DNA from: Acidobacteriota bacterium | GTDB lineage: Bacteria > Acidobacteriota > Thermoanaerobaculia > Multivoradales > UBA5704 | Length of the DNA: 24,342 nucleotides | NCBI GenBank assembly: GCA_040005235.1 | Contig: JBDTZG010000073.1 | Location: 1 to 24,342, forward strand | Direction of reading: 5' to 3' | Shown: piece after piece, positions 7,991 to 16,954 of the stretch | How the letters are laid out: each line of letters begins with the position of its first letter | How positions within the stretch are numbered: position 1 is the first letter of the stretch | Notes under the pieces: model-generated | Database searches by the model: none | Told to the model about the DNA's origin: nothing | What the model saw: the letters and a program-made list of their open reading frames with translations, nothing else | Translations under genes and position numbers: made by a program

Positions 7991-9469
7991 ATGGAAGTGG
8001 TCGATCTCGGCGCCAAGCCGGGCTCCGGTCGATCGAGGCTCGCCCCGCCTTTCGCAGCGATCGGGGCGGCCACTGCCGCGCTCGCGGCCATCACCGCCGC
8101 CCTACTGCAAATCCCCGGCTTCAACGGCCCGGCCGAGTGGCGCTGGCCCTACCGGCCGATCGGCCTAGCGCCCCTGCCGGCGCTCGCCGCGGTCCTTTGC
8201 GCCGGGGCGCTCGTCGCCCTCGTGCTCTACGGCCCCGCGGGACGGCGGGGTGCGGTTTGGCTCTCTCTGGTGGGCTACGGATTTACCCTTTCGCTCCTCG
8301 CCGCTCAACCGGGCGGCTTCGGCCGAGTGGTCACGGTGCTCGCCTCGCGCCACAGCTTCAGTTATCTATATGACGCGGCGCTCGCGCCCCCCGAGGGCGA
8401 GCTGCTCGCCAATTTTCCCGCCGCCTCGGCGGGGCTTTCGATGCACAGCCGGACCCATCCGCCCGGGGTGCTGCTGGCGATCCGCGGGCTTGACCGGGTC
8501 GCCCGCGCGCTGGGACCGGCGGGAGCCTTGGGCACTTCCCTCTTCCGCAAGGCGGCGGAGGCGTTCGCCGAGGAAAGCTCTCGGGCTCGCGAGCGGGGAA
8601 AGGCCGTGCCGGCGATTCCCCCGAGTCCGTGGACCCCGGTTCTGCTCGCCTTCCTCCTGCCACTCGCCGCCGCGGCTGCCGCTTTGCCGCTCTACGGGTT
8701 GGGGCTCGGATGGGGACTGTCGGATGGCGCGGCGCGGTTCGGGGCGGCGCTTTGGCTAATGGTGCCCGCGGGGGTGCTGTTTACTCCTTCGGTCGATCAA
8801 GCCTTGGTGCTTTTTCCGCTGGTCGGAGCGGCGTTGGCTCTCGGGGCGGAAAAGCGCCTCGCCGTCTTGGCGGCGGGAGTAGTGGTCGCGTTGGGGTGTC
8901 TGTTGTCGTACGGCTTGTTGGTCGCTGTGCCGTTCGTCGCTTGGGTGGCATTTTCAGCGGGCGAGGACTTGAGCTGGCTGGCGCCTCGGCGGTTTGTTCG
9001 CGCGGCGCTGGTGGGGGTTGGATTCGCGTTGCCGTGGGTGGCACTCGCGCTCTTTGCCGGGTACGACCCTTGGACCAGCTTCCGGACCGCGATCTCGGCC
9101 CATCGCGAGATGGCGGTCGAAACCCGCTCGTACGCTACCTGGCTGCTCGGCAATCCTTACGATTTCGCGCTTTTTTGCGGTCCGGCGGTCGCGGTGCTCG
9201 GCGCGGTCGGGCTGGTTTCACGGCGTGTTCCGGCGGCCCTGCGGCGCGGCCTTCTAGGCGGCGCCATCCTCTTCGCGCTGCTCTGGCTTTCGGGCAGCGT
9301 GCGCGGCGAGGTCGGCCGGATCTGGCTGTTCGCGATGCCTTTCGTGGTGCTCGCCGCGGCGGCGTTCGACTCTTCAGAGTCCCCCTCCAACGCGAGGCGC
9401 GCCTTGCTGGTCGCGGCCCAGGCGCTCACCACGATCGCTCTTGCCGCGAGCATGATCTTCGTCGATTGA
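7991..9469 (+). CDS. polytopic membrane protein, GT-C glycosyltransferase-like
   Basis: ATG 7991 after GGAGGG; many hydrophobic helices; loop motif HSRTHPPG and C-terminal GEVGRIWLF. The function is an inference. The ORF-track extension to 6890 is antisense to the GGDEF gene. Confidence 0.7.
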   Translation: MEVVDLGAKPGSGRSRLAPPFAAIGAATAALAAITAALLQIPGFNGPAEWRWPYRPIGLAPLPALAAVLCAGALVALVLYGPAGRRGAVWLSLVGYGFTLSLLAAQPGGFGRVVTVLASRHSFSYLYDAALAPPEGELLANFPAASAGLSMHSRTHPPGVLLAIRGLDRVARALGPAGALGTSLFRKAAEAFAEESSRARERGKAVPAIPPSPWTPVLLAFLLPLAAAAAALPLYGLGLGWGLSDGAARFGAALWLMVPAGVLFTPSVDQALVLFPLVGAALALGAEKRLAVLAAGVVVALGCLLSYGLLVAVPFVAWVAFSAGEDLSWLAPRRFVRAALVGVGFALPWVALALFAGYDPWTSFRTAISAHREMAVETRSYATWLLGNPYDFALFCGPAVAVLGAVGLVSRRVPAALRRGLLGGAILFALLWLSGSVRGEVGRIWLFAMPFVVLAAAAFDSSESPSNARRALLVAAQALTTIALAASMIFVD

Positions 9470-9485
9470 CCGGAGGAACACCCTG

Positions 9486-11039
9486 ATGCTTGCCGTACTT
9501 CTCGCCTCGACGCTTCTCTCGGCCGCCGCTCCGGCCGCATCGCCCGTTCCCGCCGCACATGCCGCGCATGCCGCCGACGTCGCGAACCGCTACCGGATGA
9601 AGCACGAAACCGAAATCGTGCGCGATTTCATCGAGTTGCTGGCGATCCCCAACGTCCCGAAGTACCCCTCGGCCCCGGACGGCCTGGCGAAAAACGCGGA
9701 TGAGATCGCCCGGCGGCTCGAACGGCGCGGCATTCACACCCGGCGCTTGGAGGTCCCGGGCGCCCCGCCCGCGATCTACGGCGAGCGGGCAACGCCGGGG
9801 GCCAAGACGACCGTCGTGTTCTACGCCCATTACGACGGCCAGCCGGTCGATCCCGCGCGCTGGACCAACGGCGATCCGTTCCACCCCTACCTGACTGACC
9901 GGGCGCTCGCCGACGGCGGCAAGCCGATCCCGTTTCCGGCCGACGGCACCCCGGGGGTATCGTTCGATCCCGAATCCCGCCTCTACGCCCGTTCGGCGGG
10001 CGACGACAAGGCGCCGGTGGTCGCCCTGCTCGCGGCGCTCGACGCGCTCGACGAGGCGGGCATTCAGCCCACCGTGAACCTCAAATTCTTCTTCGAAGGA
10101 GAAGAGGAGCAGGGCTCGCCCCATCTCGCCCAGATGCTCGCGGCGTATCGCGACCTGCTGGCCGCCGATCTCTGGCTCTTCTGCGACGGCCCGGTCCACC
10201 AGAGCCGCCGGCCGCAGATCGTCTTCGGGGCTCGCGGCATCACCAGTTTCGAGCTTACCGTCTACGGCGCGCGGCGCGAGCTGCACAGCGGCCACTACGG
10301 CAACTGGGCGCCGAACCCGGCGTTCGACCTCGCCCGCCTGCTCACCTCAATGAAGGACGCCGACGGCCGGGTGTTGGTCGCCGATTTCGAGCAGGGAATG
10401 GAGCCGGTCGGCGACCTCGAACGCCAGGCGCTTGCCGACGCTCCGCCGATCGATGACGACTTGAAGCGCGAGCTCTGGCTCGGCCGCACCGAACGCTCTC
10501 CCGAACGGCTGGAGGAGGCGATCCTTCACCCCTCGTTGAACGTCCGGGGGTTGGCGAGCGCCGCGGTGGGCGATGCGGCGAGAAACGTGGTCCCCGACCG
10601 GGCGACCGCGGCAATCGACATCCGACTGGTCAAAGGGCTCGATCCAAAAACGATGGTCGACCGGGTTATTGCCCACGTCCGGGCTCAAGGATATTTCGTT
10701 ACCGAAAACGAGCCGACGCCCGAGGAGCGGACGAGCCACCCGCACGTCGCCCGCGTGGCGCGCGAAGAGGGTGGCTATCGGGCGATCCGCACTCGGATGG
10801 ATCTGCCCGAGGCCAAGCGCGTGGTGGTGGCACTCGAAGCCGCTCACGGACGAATCGTCCGCCTGCCCACCCTGGGCGGCAGCCTGCCGCTTGCGGCGTT
10901 CGACGACGTTCTCAAGGTGCCACTGCTGATCGTGCCGATCGCCAATCACGACGACAACCAGCACACCCACGACGAGAACCTACGGCTACAAAACCTCTGG
11001 GACGGGATCGAGACGTTCGCCGCCCTGTTCACGATGTAG
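9486..11039 (+). CDS. secreted M20/M25/M40 family metallo-hydrolase (peptidase)
   Basis: Signal peptide; YAHYDGQP, RSAGDDK, EGEEEQGS, LHSGHYGN, NQHTHDENL; GGAGG RBS. Confidence 0.93.
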   Translation: MLAVLLASTLLSAAAPAASPVPAAHAAHAADVANRYRMKHETEIVRDFIELLAIPNVPKYPSAPDGLAKNADEIARRLERRGIHTRRLEVPGAPPAIYGERATPGAKTTVVFYAHYDGQPVDPARWTNGDPFHPYLTDRALADGGKPIPFPADGTPGVSFDPESRLYARSAGDDKAPVVALLAALDALDEAGIQPTVNLKFFFEGEEEQGSPHLAQMLAAYRDLLAADLWLFCDGPVHQSRRPQIVFGARGITSFELTVYGARRELHSGHYGNWAPNPAFDLARLLTSMKDADGRVLVADFEQGMEPVGDLERQALADAPPIDDDLKRELWLGRTERSPERLEEAILHPSLNVRGLASAAVGDAARNVVPDRATAAIDIRLVKGLDPKTMVDRVIAHVRAQGYFVTENEPTPEERTSHPHVARVAREEGGYRAIRTRMDLPEAKRVVVALEAAHGRIVRLPTLGGSLPLAAFDDVLKVPLLIVPIANHDDNQHTHDENLRLQNLWDGIETFAALFTM

Positions 11040-11066
11040 CGCGGGTCATGAAGCGGCTCTCTAATG

Positions 11067-11098
11067 CGAACGGGCCTCCGTTGCCGGAGGCCCGTTCG
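11067..11098. terminator. bidirectional terminator-like hairpin
   Basis: Perfect 14-bp stem CGAACGGGCCTCCG-ttgc-CGGAGGCCCGTTCG between convergent genes; no strong U-tract. Confidence 0.75.
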
Positions 11099-11124
11099 TC
11101 ACCTCAACCCTTGGTCTTTCGATC

Positions 11125-12591
11125 TTACTTCGGCGCCACCTTCACCTTCAGGTTCGAATAGACCCAGCCGACCGGCGGAAAGTAGGCACCGTCGGCGACG
11201 CCGGTCTGGCCGAAGTCCAGGGTCACCTGACGGCCTTCGCCAAGGGACCGAAGATCCCGGTTGTTGATCTCGCCGGCAAGCGTCTGAACCAGCTGAGCGC
11301 CCTTCCAGACTTGCAGCGTCACGCGCCGGTCCACCGTGTCGTAGGTGTACTTGAGGTGGTACTTGGTGCGCTCGCGCCAGGGGCCGGTATTGCTCTTGAC
11401 CAGCTCACCCTCTCCGGTGCGCGGGTCTTTGCCGATGTCGAGGATGGTCTTGAAGCCGTTGCTGCCGCGCAGGATCAGGCCGGTATAGAGCACCCGCTGG
11501 TGCCGGTCGGGATCGGAGCGCTTGAAGCCCATGATGCCGTGAAACAACGGAGTCCGCCATTTGCCGAGTTCGAGGTCGAACTCGATCTCCGCCTTGCCGT
11601 ACTCCAGGCCTGGGCGTAGCGGCAAAGTGTAGTGCTTGAAAGAGGAGACCGGCCTGGCGCGCAGGAACTCGCCGGGGATGTTCATCGTGAACGTGCCGTC
11701 GGCGGCGACGTCGGACGGCGTAATCTGGACGCTCGCGGCATCGAGAGCCGATTCGTCCGGCTCGGGGTAGGCGTCGCCCTGGGGCAGATCGGTGTCGAGG
11801 CTCGCGAGCGAAGCCGCGCGGCCGACCGTTGCCGAGGGAATCACGACCTCCATTTCCGTCGTGCCCGGCTTCTGCACCCGGGCGAAGGCGTAGAACGGCT
11901 TGTTGCACGAGACGGTGAAACGGGCGTCGGACAGCTCGGTCTGGCCGAGAACACTGAAGGCATCGTCGAAGCTGCGCAGCGACAGCGCCTTGTTGGTGAT
12001 GTTCATGTTCTGGGCGATCTGCTGGCCGTTGCTGCGGAACGCCTTGAGCACGCAGTTCGCCGCCTGCTCCGCGGCGTTGGCCACGTGAATGCTCGTGACG
12101 AGACCGTCGGCCCGCCGGGAGAGGCCCTGCAGCACCTGGATCGAATCGGCGACCGCCACCTGGCGTCCGGTGATCGCTTGAAGATTCGCCGAAGCCAGGG
12201 CGCTGCTGCCGCTGAACGCCTCCAGCCGGGCGGAGACCACCAACTGCGGCGCGCCCGAGACGAGCAACATGCCGGGCTGTCCCACCGGCGCGACGTTGGT
12301 CAACAGGACGGTCGAGCGGGGCGCCACGGTGATCTGGGCCGACGGCCGCGCCTGCGTACCGAGCGCCTCGACCGCGATGAACGTGGTGGTGAAGCGGCGG
12401 GGGCTGCCCCCTTGATTGGTCACCCACAGCTTGGTCAGATAGAGCGTGTTGCCGACGGTCTGGTTCGAAGCGATCGGAATCAGGGCGTCGCCGGCCAGGG
12501 CCGGTTGGGCCAGAAGGGCGCCGAGCGCGGCCGCGACGAGCAGCAGGGTCCGGCGCAAAGGGGAGAAGCGGTTGGAATGGGCGCGTCGCAT
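11125..12591 (-). CDS. secreted hypothetical protein, paralog 1 of 3
   Basis: ATG 12591 after AAGGAG, 4 nt after the upstream stop; signal peptide ending ALA; C-terminal DFGQTGVADGAYFPPVGWVYSNL shared with the paralogs. Confidence 0.85.
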   Translation of the reverse strand: MRRAHSNRFSPLRRTLLLVAAALGALLAQPALAGDALIPIASNQTVGNTLYLTKLWVTNQGGSPRRFTTTFIAVEALGTQARPSAQITVAPRSTVLLTNVAPVGQPGMLLVSGAPQLVVSARLEAFSGSSALASANLQAITGRQVAVADSIQVLQGLSRRADGLVTSIHVANAAEQAANCVLKAFRSNGQQIAQNMNITNKALSLRSFDDAFSVLGQTELSDARFTVSCNKPFYAFARVQKPGTTEMEVVIPSATVGRAASLASLDTDLPQGDAYPEPDESALDAASVQITPSDVAADGTFTMNIPGEFLRARPVSSFKHYTLPLRPGLEYGKAEIEFDLELGKWRTPLFHGIMGFKRSDPDRHQRVLYTGLILRGSNGFKTILDIGKDPRTGEGELVKSNTGPWRERTKYHLKYTYDTVDRRVTLQVWKGAQLVQTLAGEINNRDLRSLGEGRQVTLDFGQTGVADGAYFPPVGWVYSNLKVKVAPK

Positions 12592-12595
12592 GGGC

Positions 12596-13924
12596 TCAGT
12601 TCTCCTTCGGCTCGAACTTAACTTGCAAATTGGAATAGACCCAGCCGATTGGCGGGAAGTAGGCGCCATCGGCGATTCCGGTCTGGCCGAAGTCGACGCT
12701 GACCGCGTTGCCGTTGTCCACCAGCTCGGGCGTCTGGGGTGGGCCGTCCACCGCGAAGACTCGCTGGCCGTCTTTCGTCACGGTCAGGGTCACGCGGTTC
12801 ACGGTCAGGTCGTACTCGAATTTCAGGTGGTATTGCGTCCCCTTCTTCCACACGCCGCCGCCGCTTCGGACCAGCACCTCGTCGCCGAGGTCCAGGTTGG
12901 TTTTCTTGTTGTCGTTGCGGATCTGGACACCGTAGTACAGTTTCCGCTGATGCCGGTCGCGGTGGGTGCGCCGGAACGAGGTAACGCTGGTGTAAAAGCC
13001 GTTCGGGAACTTGTTCAGGAACATGTCGAAATCGACCGTCGCCTTCTGGTACACCAGGTTCGGCACGAGCGGGATTCGATAGGTGCGGAACGAGTCGGTG
13101 TTTTTGGCAATCAGGAAATCGCCCGGCGCATTGAACTCCACCTCGCCGGGGCGCGAAATCGGCTCCAACGTTCCGTCGAGCACGCCGCCGGGGGTGACTG
13201 CCGCGGTGCGCGGTCCGCCGACGTCGAACACCAGGGCATAGGCGGCGAACTGCTTGTTGCACGTCAAGTTGATTCGCGCATCGGCGATCTCCGGCACGCC
13301 GAGGGTGACCCACACTTCGGGAAACTCGCGCAGCGACAAGGGAAACAGGCTGAACGTCGCCGCCGATCCGATCGACTGGCCGTTGGCGCGCACCGCGGCA
13401 ACCGTGCAGGATGCCGCTTCGCGGGTGAGGTTGGCGATCCCGAAATCGGTGAGCGGCTTGCCGTCGGCCCGGCGCTCCAGGGCCTGGAGATAGAGGGTCT
13501 CACCGGCCGAAGTGACCCGCTCCGGGGAGATGACCGGGACCCGCGTTTCCGACAACAAGGCACCCTGGCTGGTCGTTTCCAAGCGGGCGTCGATCAGGAG
13601 ATCCGAAGGGCCGTCGATGCGGATCATGCCGCTCGATCCCGAAGGCACGCTTGTCGCAAGCTGGACGGTCTGCCCGGCGCCGACGGACAACGTGGTCGAC
13701 TCACCCGGGTGGGCGACCCCATCCGTGCCGGCGATCAGAAACTGCGAGATGAAGGTTTTGGCGGTCGTCGCGAGATTCGACACGAAGACCACGGTGCGGC
13801 TCGTGCCGCCACCGCTGGGCTGGTTACGTGCAATGGGAACGAAGGACTCGCCCGCTTCGAGCGGCGGTGCCGCTGCGGCGATTGCCGCGAGCACCAGAAT
13901 CCCGGTCAACGTCGGTCTTTTCAT
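12596..13924 (-). CDS. secreted hypothetical protein, paralog 2 of 3
   Basis: Probable ATG 13924 (MKRPTL) after AAAGG; alternative GTG 13939. Signal peptide; C-terminal DFGQTGIADGAYFPPIGWVYSNL. Confidence 0.85.
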   Translation of the reverse strand: MKRPTLTGILVLAAIAAAAPPLEAGESFVPIARNQPSGGGTSRTVVFVSNLATTAKTFISQFLIAGTDGVAHPGESTTLSVGAGQTVQLATSVPSGSSGMIRIDGPSDLLIDARLETTSQGALLSETRVPVISPERVTSAGETLYLQALERRADGKPLTDFGIANLTREAASCTVAAVRANGQSIGSAATFSLFPLSLREFPEVWVTLGVPEIADARINLTCNKQFAAYALVFDVGGPRTAAVTPGGVLDGTLEPISRPGEVEFNAPGDFLIAKNTDSFRTYRIPLVPNLVYQKATVDFDMFLNKFPNGFYTSVTSFRRTHRDRHQRKLYYGVQIRNDNKKTNLDLGDEVLVRSGGGVWKKGTQYHLKFEYDLTVNRVTLTVTKDGQRVFAVDGPPQTPELVDNGNAVSVDFGQTGIADGAYFPPIGWVYSNLQVKFEPKEN

Positions 13925-14049
13925 GCGAATACCTTTCACAATGGCCTACTACGATCGCAGGAAAGGCCCTAGGGCCGGCGAATTGTGCAGTCGATAGTAC
14001 AACAAACTGTGCAGATTTTTCCTGCGGTCTGTTCGAAACCGCGGTCTGC

Positions 14050-14907
14050 TCAGGGTTTCGTGATCTCGATCAGCTCGACGTCGAACACCAACATTCCCTC
14101 CGGTTTGCCCGGCGAGCCGCGATAGGCGAGCGACTTCGGAATCCAAAACCGGCGGGCCTCGCCCTCGGTCATGAGCTGTAAACCTTCGGTCCAGCCCGGA
14201 ATCACCTCGGTCAGCTTGAACACCGCGGGAGTGCCCTTGGCGAGCGACGAATCGAACATCTTTCCATCGACCGTCCAGCCCGTGTAATGAACGCGCACGA
14301 TGCTCTGAGCCGCGGGCTTGCGGGTGCCGGTGCCGGGGGTGAGAACTTTCCAAACGAGCCCCGACGAGCTTTTCTGCGCATCGGCGGGAGGCGCCGCGAC
14401 GTCCGGCGGGGTCGGCGGAACGCGGAGGACGTCGAGCAGCTCGACGTCGAACACCAGCATTCCCTGCGGCCGGTCGGCCACCCCTTCGTAGGCGAGCTTG
14501 GCGGGAATCCACATCCGCCGCTTCTCCCCTTTGACCATCAGCTGCACGCCCTCGCGCCAGCCCGGGATCACCGCATTCAGCGGAAAGACGATCGGCCGGT
14601 TCCGGACGACCGAGGAATCGAACATTTTGCCGTCTACGGTCCAGCCCGTGTAATGCACCTTCACCGAATCGGAAAGCTCGGGGTGGATCGCGCCGGTGCC
14701 GGCCTGGATCACTTTTGAGGCGAGGCCCGAGGCGGTCGTCGCAGCATCCGCCGGAGGGGCCGCGAGGTCGGCCGGCGCGGGGATCGGTTCGGGGGCCGGC
14801 TTGGCGGCGGGAGCGGGCGCCGGTTTGGCGGGCGGCGCGGCCGGTGCTGAAAGGGCGGGAAGGGCGAAAAGGGCGGAAAGCAAGAGCGCGATCATCGAAC
14901 GGTTCAT
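14050..14907 (-). CDS. exported FKBP-type peptidyl-prolyl isomerase with two FKBP domains
   Basis: Signal peptide, Pro/Ala linker, then two copies of VHYTGWTVDGKMFDSS...VIPGW.EG.QLM..GE.RR.WIP..LAY...GMLVFDVEL. Confidence 0.96.
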   Translation of the reverse strand: MNRSMIALLLSALFALPALSAPAAPPAKPAPAPAAKPAPEPIPAPADLAAPPADAATTASGLASKVIQAGTGAIHPELSDSVKVHYTGWTVDGKMFDSSVVRNRPIVFPLNAVIPGWREGVQLMVKGEKRRMWIPAKLAYEGVADRPQGMLVFDVELLDVLRVPPTPPDVAAPPADAQKSSSGLVWKVLTPGTGTRKPAAQSIVRVHYTGWTVDGKMFDSSLAKGTPAVFKLTEVIPGWTEGLQLMTEGEARRFWIPKSLAYRGSPGKPEGMLVFDVELIEITKP

Positions 14908-14968
14908 AGGGCGCGCAACCTATCAGAGAGGCCAACCGGAAGGCCCCCGACAAAATGGGCAGAAAGAT

Positions 14969-15406
14969 CTAGCCGCCCTCGCCCCGGATCGGCGCCGCCT
15001 GGACCGTGTCGTAGCGGCCGAGCTGCACTTTCCCCGGCGGGAGGCCGCGCGGTTTGCTCACCTCGTCGCAGGTCGTCCAATGGACGGCGACCCGGCCGCC
15101 GCGGCGCGCCTTCGAATACCCGGCGGCGAGTCCCGCCGCAAATTGCAGCGTTTCCCGCGACGGGCGCGGCAAGTTGTCGGGATTCCTCACCACGACGTGG
15201 GAGCCCGAGTCGCCCGCAACGTGAAACCAGAAATCGCGCGGACTTGAGAGCTTGAGCGACAAGACATCGTTGTCCTCGGCGGTCTTGCCGACCAGGACGA
15301 TCAACCCGTCGGGCGAGACGAATCGCCGGGCAATCGACCGGCCTTGGAAGATTCCGGCGTCCGGATCGGTCGGCCCCAGCGGACCTTTGCGCTCTTCCCG
15401 TCCCAT
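14969..15406 (-). CDS. stand-alone NFACT RNA-binding domain protein (DUF814/NFACT-R)
   Basis: VLVGKTAEDNDVL, WFHVAGDSGSHVVV, AAGLAAGYSKA, VSKPRGLPPGKV. Only 145 aa, lacking the NFACT-N and coiled-coil parts of RqcH. Confidence 0.9.
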   Translation of the reverse strand: MGREERKGPLGPTDPDAGIFQGRSIARRFVSPDGLIVLVGKTAEDNDVLSLKLSSPRDFWFHVAGDSGSHVVVRNPDNLPRPSRETLQFAAGLAAGYSKARRGGRVAVHWTTCDEVSKPRGLPPGKVQLGRYDTVQAAPIRGEGG

Positions 15407-15463
15407 GGCGGCGGAAGGTTAATCTAGACTGAGGTCAAAACGTCGAGACCCCCGCCTGAAGCG

Positions 15464-16786
15464 CTACCTCTTACCGACGATCTTGAGACTCGAAAAGCGC
15501 CAGCCGAACGGCGGGAAATATGCCTGGTCTGCAACGCCCGGAAGCCCGAATTCGAGGATCGGCACGTCGGCGCCGACGGCGTTCAGGTCGTCGTTGAAAA
15601 GGCCGCTCGAAACGTTGAAGATCGACGCGTTGTTGTTGTCGAAGATCTGATACGTGATCAGCTTCCGATCGGCGTTCAGCTCGATGTGGAAGTGCAAAAA
15701 GCGCGGTCCGCTCAAATCGAGGAAGCGCTTGATCGTGGTCTCGATATAGGGCGTTCCAAGGTCGACGATCATCTTTGGACCCCCGCCCGCGTCGAGCCGG
15801 TCGAAATTGCCGAAGAAGAGCGTCTTGCCGAACCGCCGGCCGCCGGCACGCAACAGACCGGTGATGTTGCGGATCACGGTGAACCCGGTGGGATCGGCCG
15901 TCTTGGCGTCGAAGTCGATGGTCAAAGAGCGATAGCGCGGCCCGTTGCCGGTGCCGCCCGGGGCGAGCACAAGTGGAATCGGAACGCGCTCGAAGGAGTT
16001 GCCCTCGACGACTTGGAGGAACAGGCCCGGCATGTCGACCAGCGTGGTCGTGGTCCCGGCGGTGGGAAACGCGTTGGCCGGGTAATAAACCCGCGACCGG
16101 GTGCGATTGGTGTCCGGCAGGGCGCCGAGCGCATAGAACGGTTGATCGCAGGTAACAGCCGCCACGATTCCACCGCCAACCGAAGAGAGCCGGAGCACGT
16201 CGTCGATGCGCAACGCGCCGATCGCCGGGACACGAAGGCCCGACCGCGAGTCCAGCTGCGAGCCTTTGGGTCGCAAGACCTTGACGCTGCAGGTGGCGGA
16301 GACCGTCCCGAGGTTGTAGAGGCTCAGGTTGCTAGCGAAGTCGGCCGTCTTGGTGAGATTCTGAACGTAGGCGGTCGTGCCGGAAAGGAAAAGGTTCGAG
16401 GGACCCAGCAGCGGAAGCTCCCAGCCGCTGTTGCTCGGCGACTTGCCGAGCTCCATCGACACCTCATTCGAGGTCAGTCCGGTTTCGGCGTCGAGCACGA
16501 CGAGCCCCGGCATTTCCGGAGTGATGTCGAGCAGCGGAAATTTCGTCGAGGTCGACGGTCCGATGTAGACCTGCTGCCGAGAAGGCGTCACGGTGGTGCC
16601 CGCGACCCCTTCGGGGATCCGCGTCACGTTCACCCGCTTGACCGAGAGGTCGGTCCGGCCATACTCGGTGACGACCCTGATCGATCCCGCCCCCACGAAC
16701 GGCACCGGCACGTAGCGCACTTCGGCAAGCGCCGGAGCAGCCAACAAGGCGAGGCAAGACGAGAAGAAGACGAACGGTCTCTGCAT
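15464..16786 (-). CDS. secreted hypothetical protein, paralog 3 of 3 (most divergent)
   Basis: ATG 16786 after AGGAGG; signal peptide ending ALA; C-terminal EFGLPGVADQAYFPPFGWRFSSL. Confidence 0.85.
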   Translation of the reverse strand: MQRPFVFFSSCLALLAAPALAEVRYVPVPFVGAGSIRVVTEYGRTDLSVKRVNVTRIPEGVAGTTVTPSRQQVYIGPSTSTKFPLLDITPEMPGLVVLDAETGLTSNEVSMELGKSPSNSGWELPLLGPSNLFLSGTTAYVQNLTKTADFASNLSLYNLGTVSATCSVKVLRPKGSQLDSRSGLRVPAIGALRIDDVLRLSSVGGGIVAAVTCDQPFYALGALPDTNRTRSRVYYPANAFPTAGTTTTLVDMPGLFLQVVEGNSFERVPIPLVLAPGGTGNGPRYRSLTIDFDAKTADPTGFTVIRNITGLLRAGGRRFGKTLFFGNFDRLDAGGGPKMIVDLGTPYIETTIKRFLDLSGPRFLHFHIELNADRKLITYQIFDNNNASIFNVSSGLFNDDLNAVGADVPILEFGLPGVADQAYFPPFGWRFSSLKIVGKR

Positions 16787-16881
16787 GAGCTGAAATCCTC
16801 CTGGCTGTGGAACGACACTTCCGGATGAACGGCTGGCAGGACTTGTACGCTTCCCGAGATGAAGTCGTCGCCAGCTGGGGT

Positions 16882-16933
16882 TTGCACGGCGGCCTGGGCC
16901 TAGGTATCGTTGAACCCGCGGAATCGCGGTTTC
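16882..16933 (+). promoter_or_regulatory. putative sigma70 promoter and operator-like inverted repeat for the antitoxin gene
   Basis: TTGCAC (16882-16887), 17-bp spacer, TATCGT (16905-16910); GAACCCGCG-gaat-CGCGGTTTC (16912-16933, 8/9 inverted repeat). Confidence 0.4.
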
Positions 16934-16954
16934 CTGCGGTCCCGCCCGGAGGAA

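Noticed and set aside
14050-14700. Internal DNA repeat in the FKBP gene as a mobile or diversity-generating element
   Set aside because: Fully explained by tandem FKBP domain duplication; no reverse transcriptase or transposase in the window.
11632-16828. Long plus-strand ORFs 11632-12621, 12446-13972 and 15686-16828
   Set aside because: Antisense shadows of high-GC genes with no recognisable motifs; the same applies to similar ORFs throughout the window.
16787-16954. c-di-GMP riboswitch or sigma54 promoter upstream of paralog 3
   Set aside because: Only a GCAAAC fragment without the rest of the aptamer; the TGGCA site lacks the correctly spaced GC.
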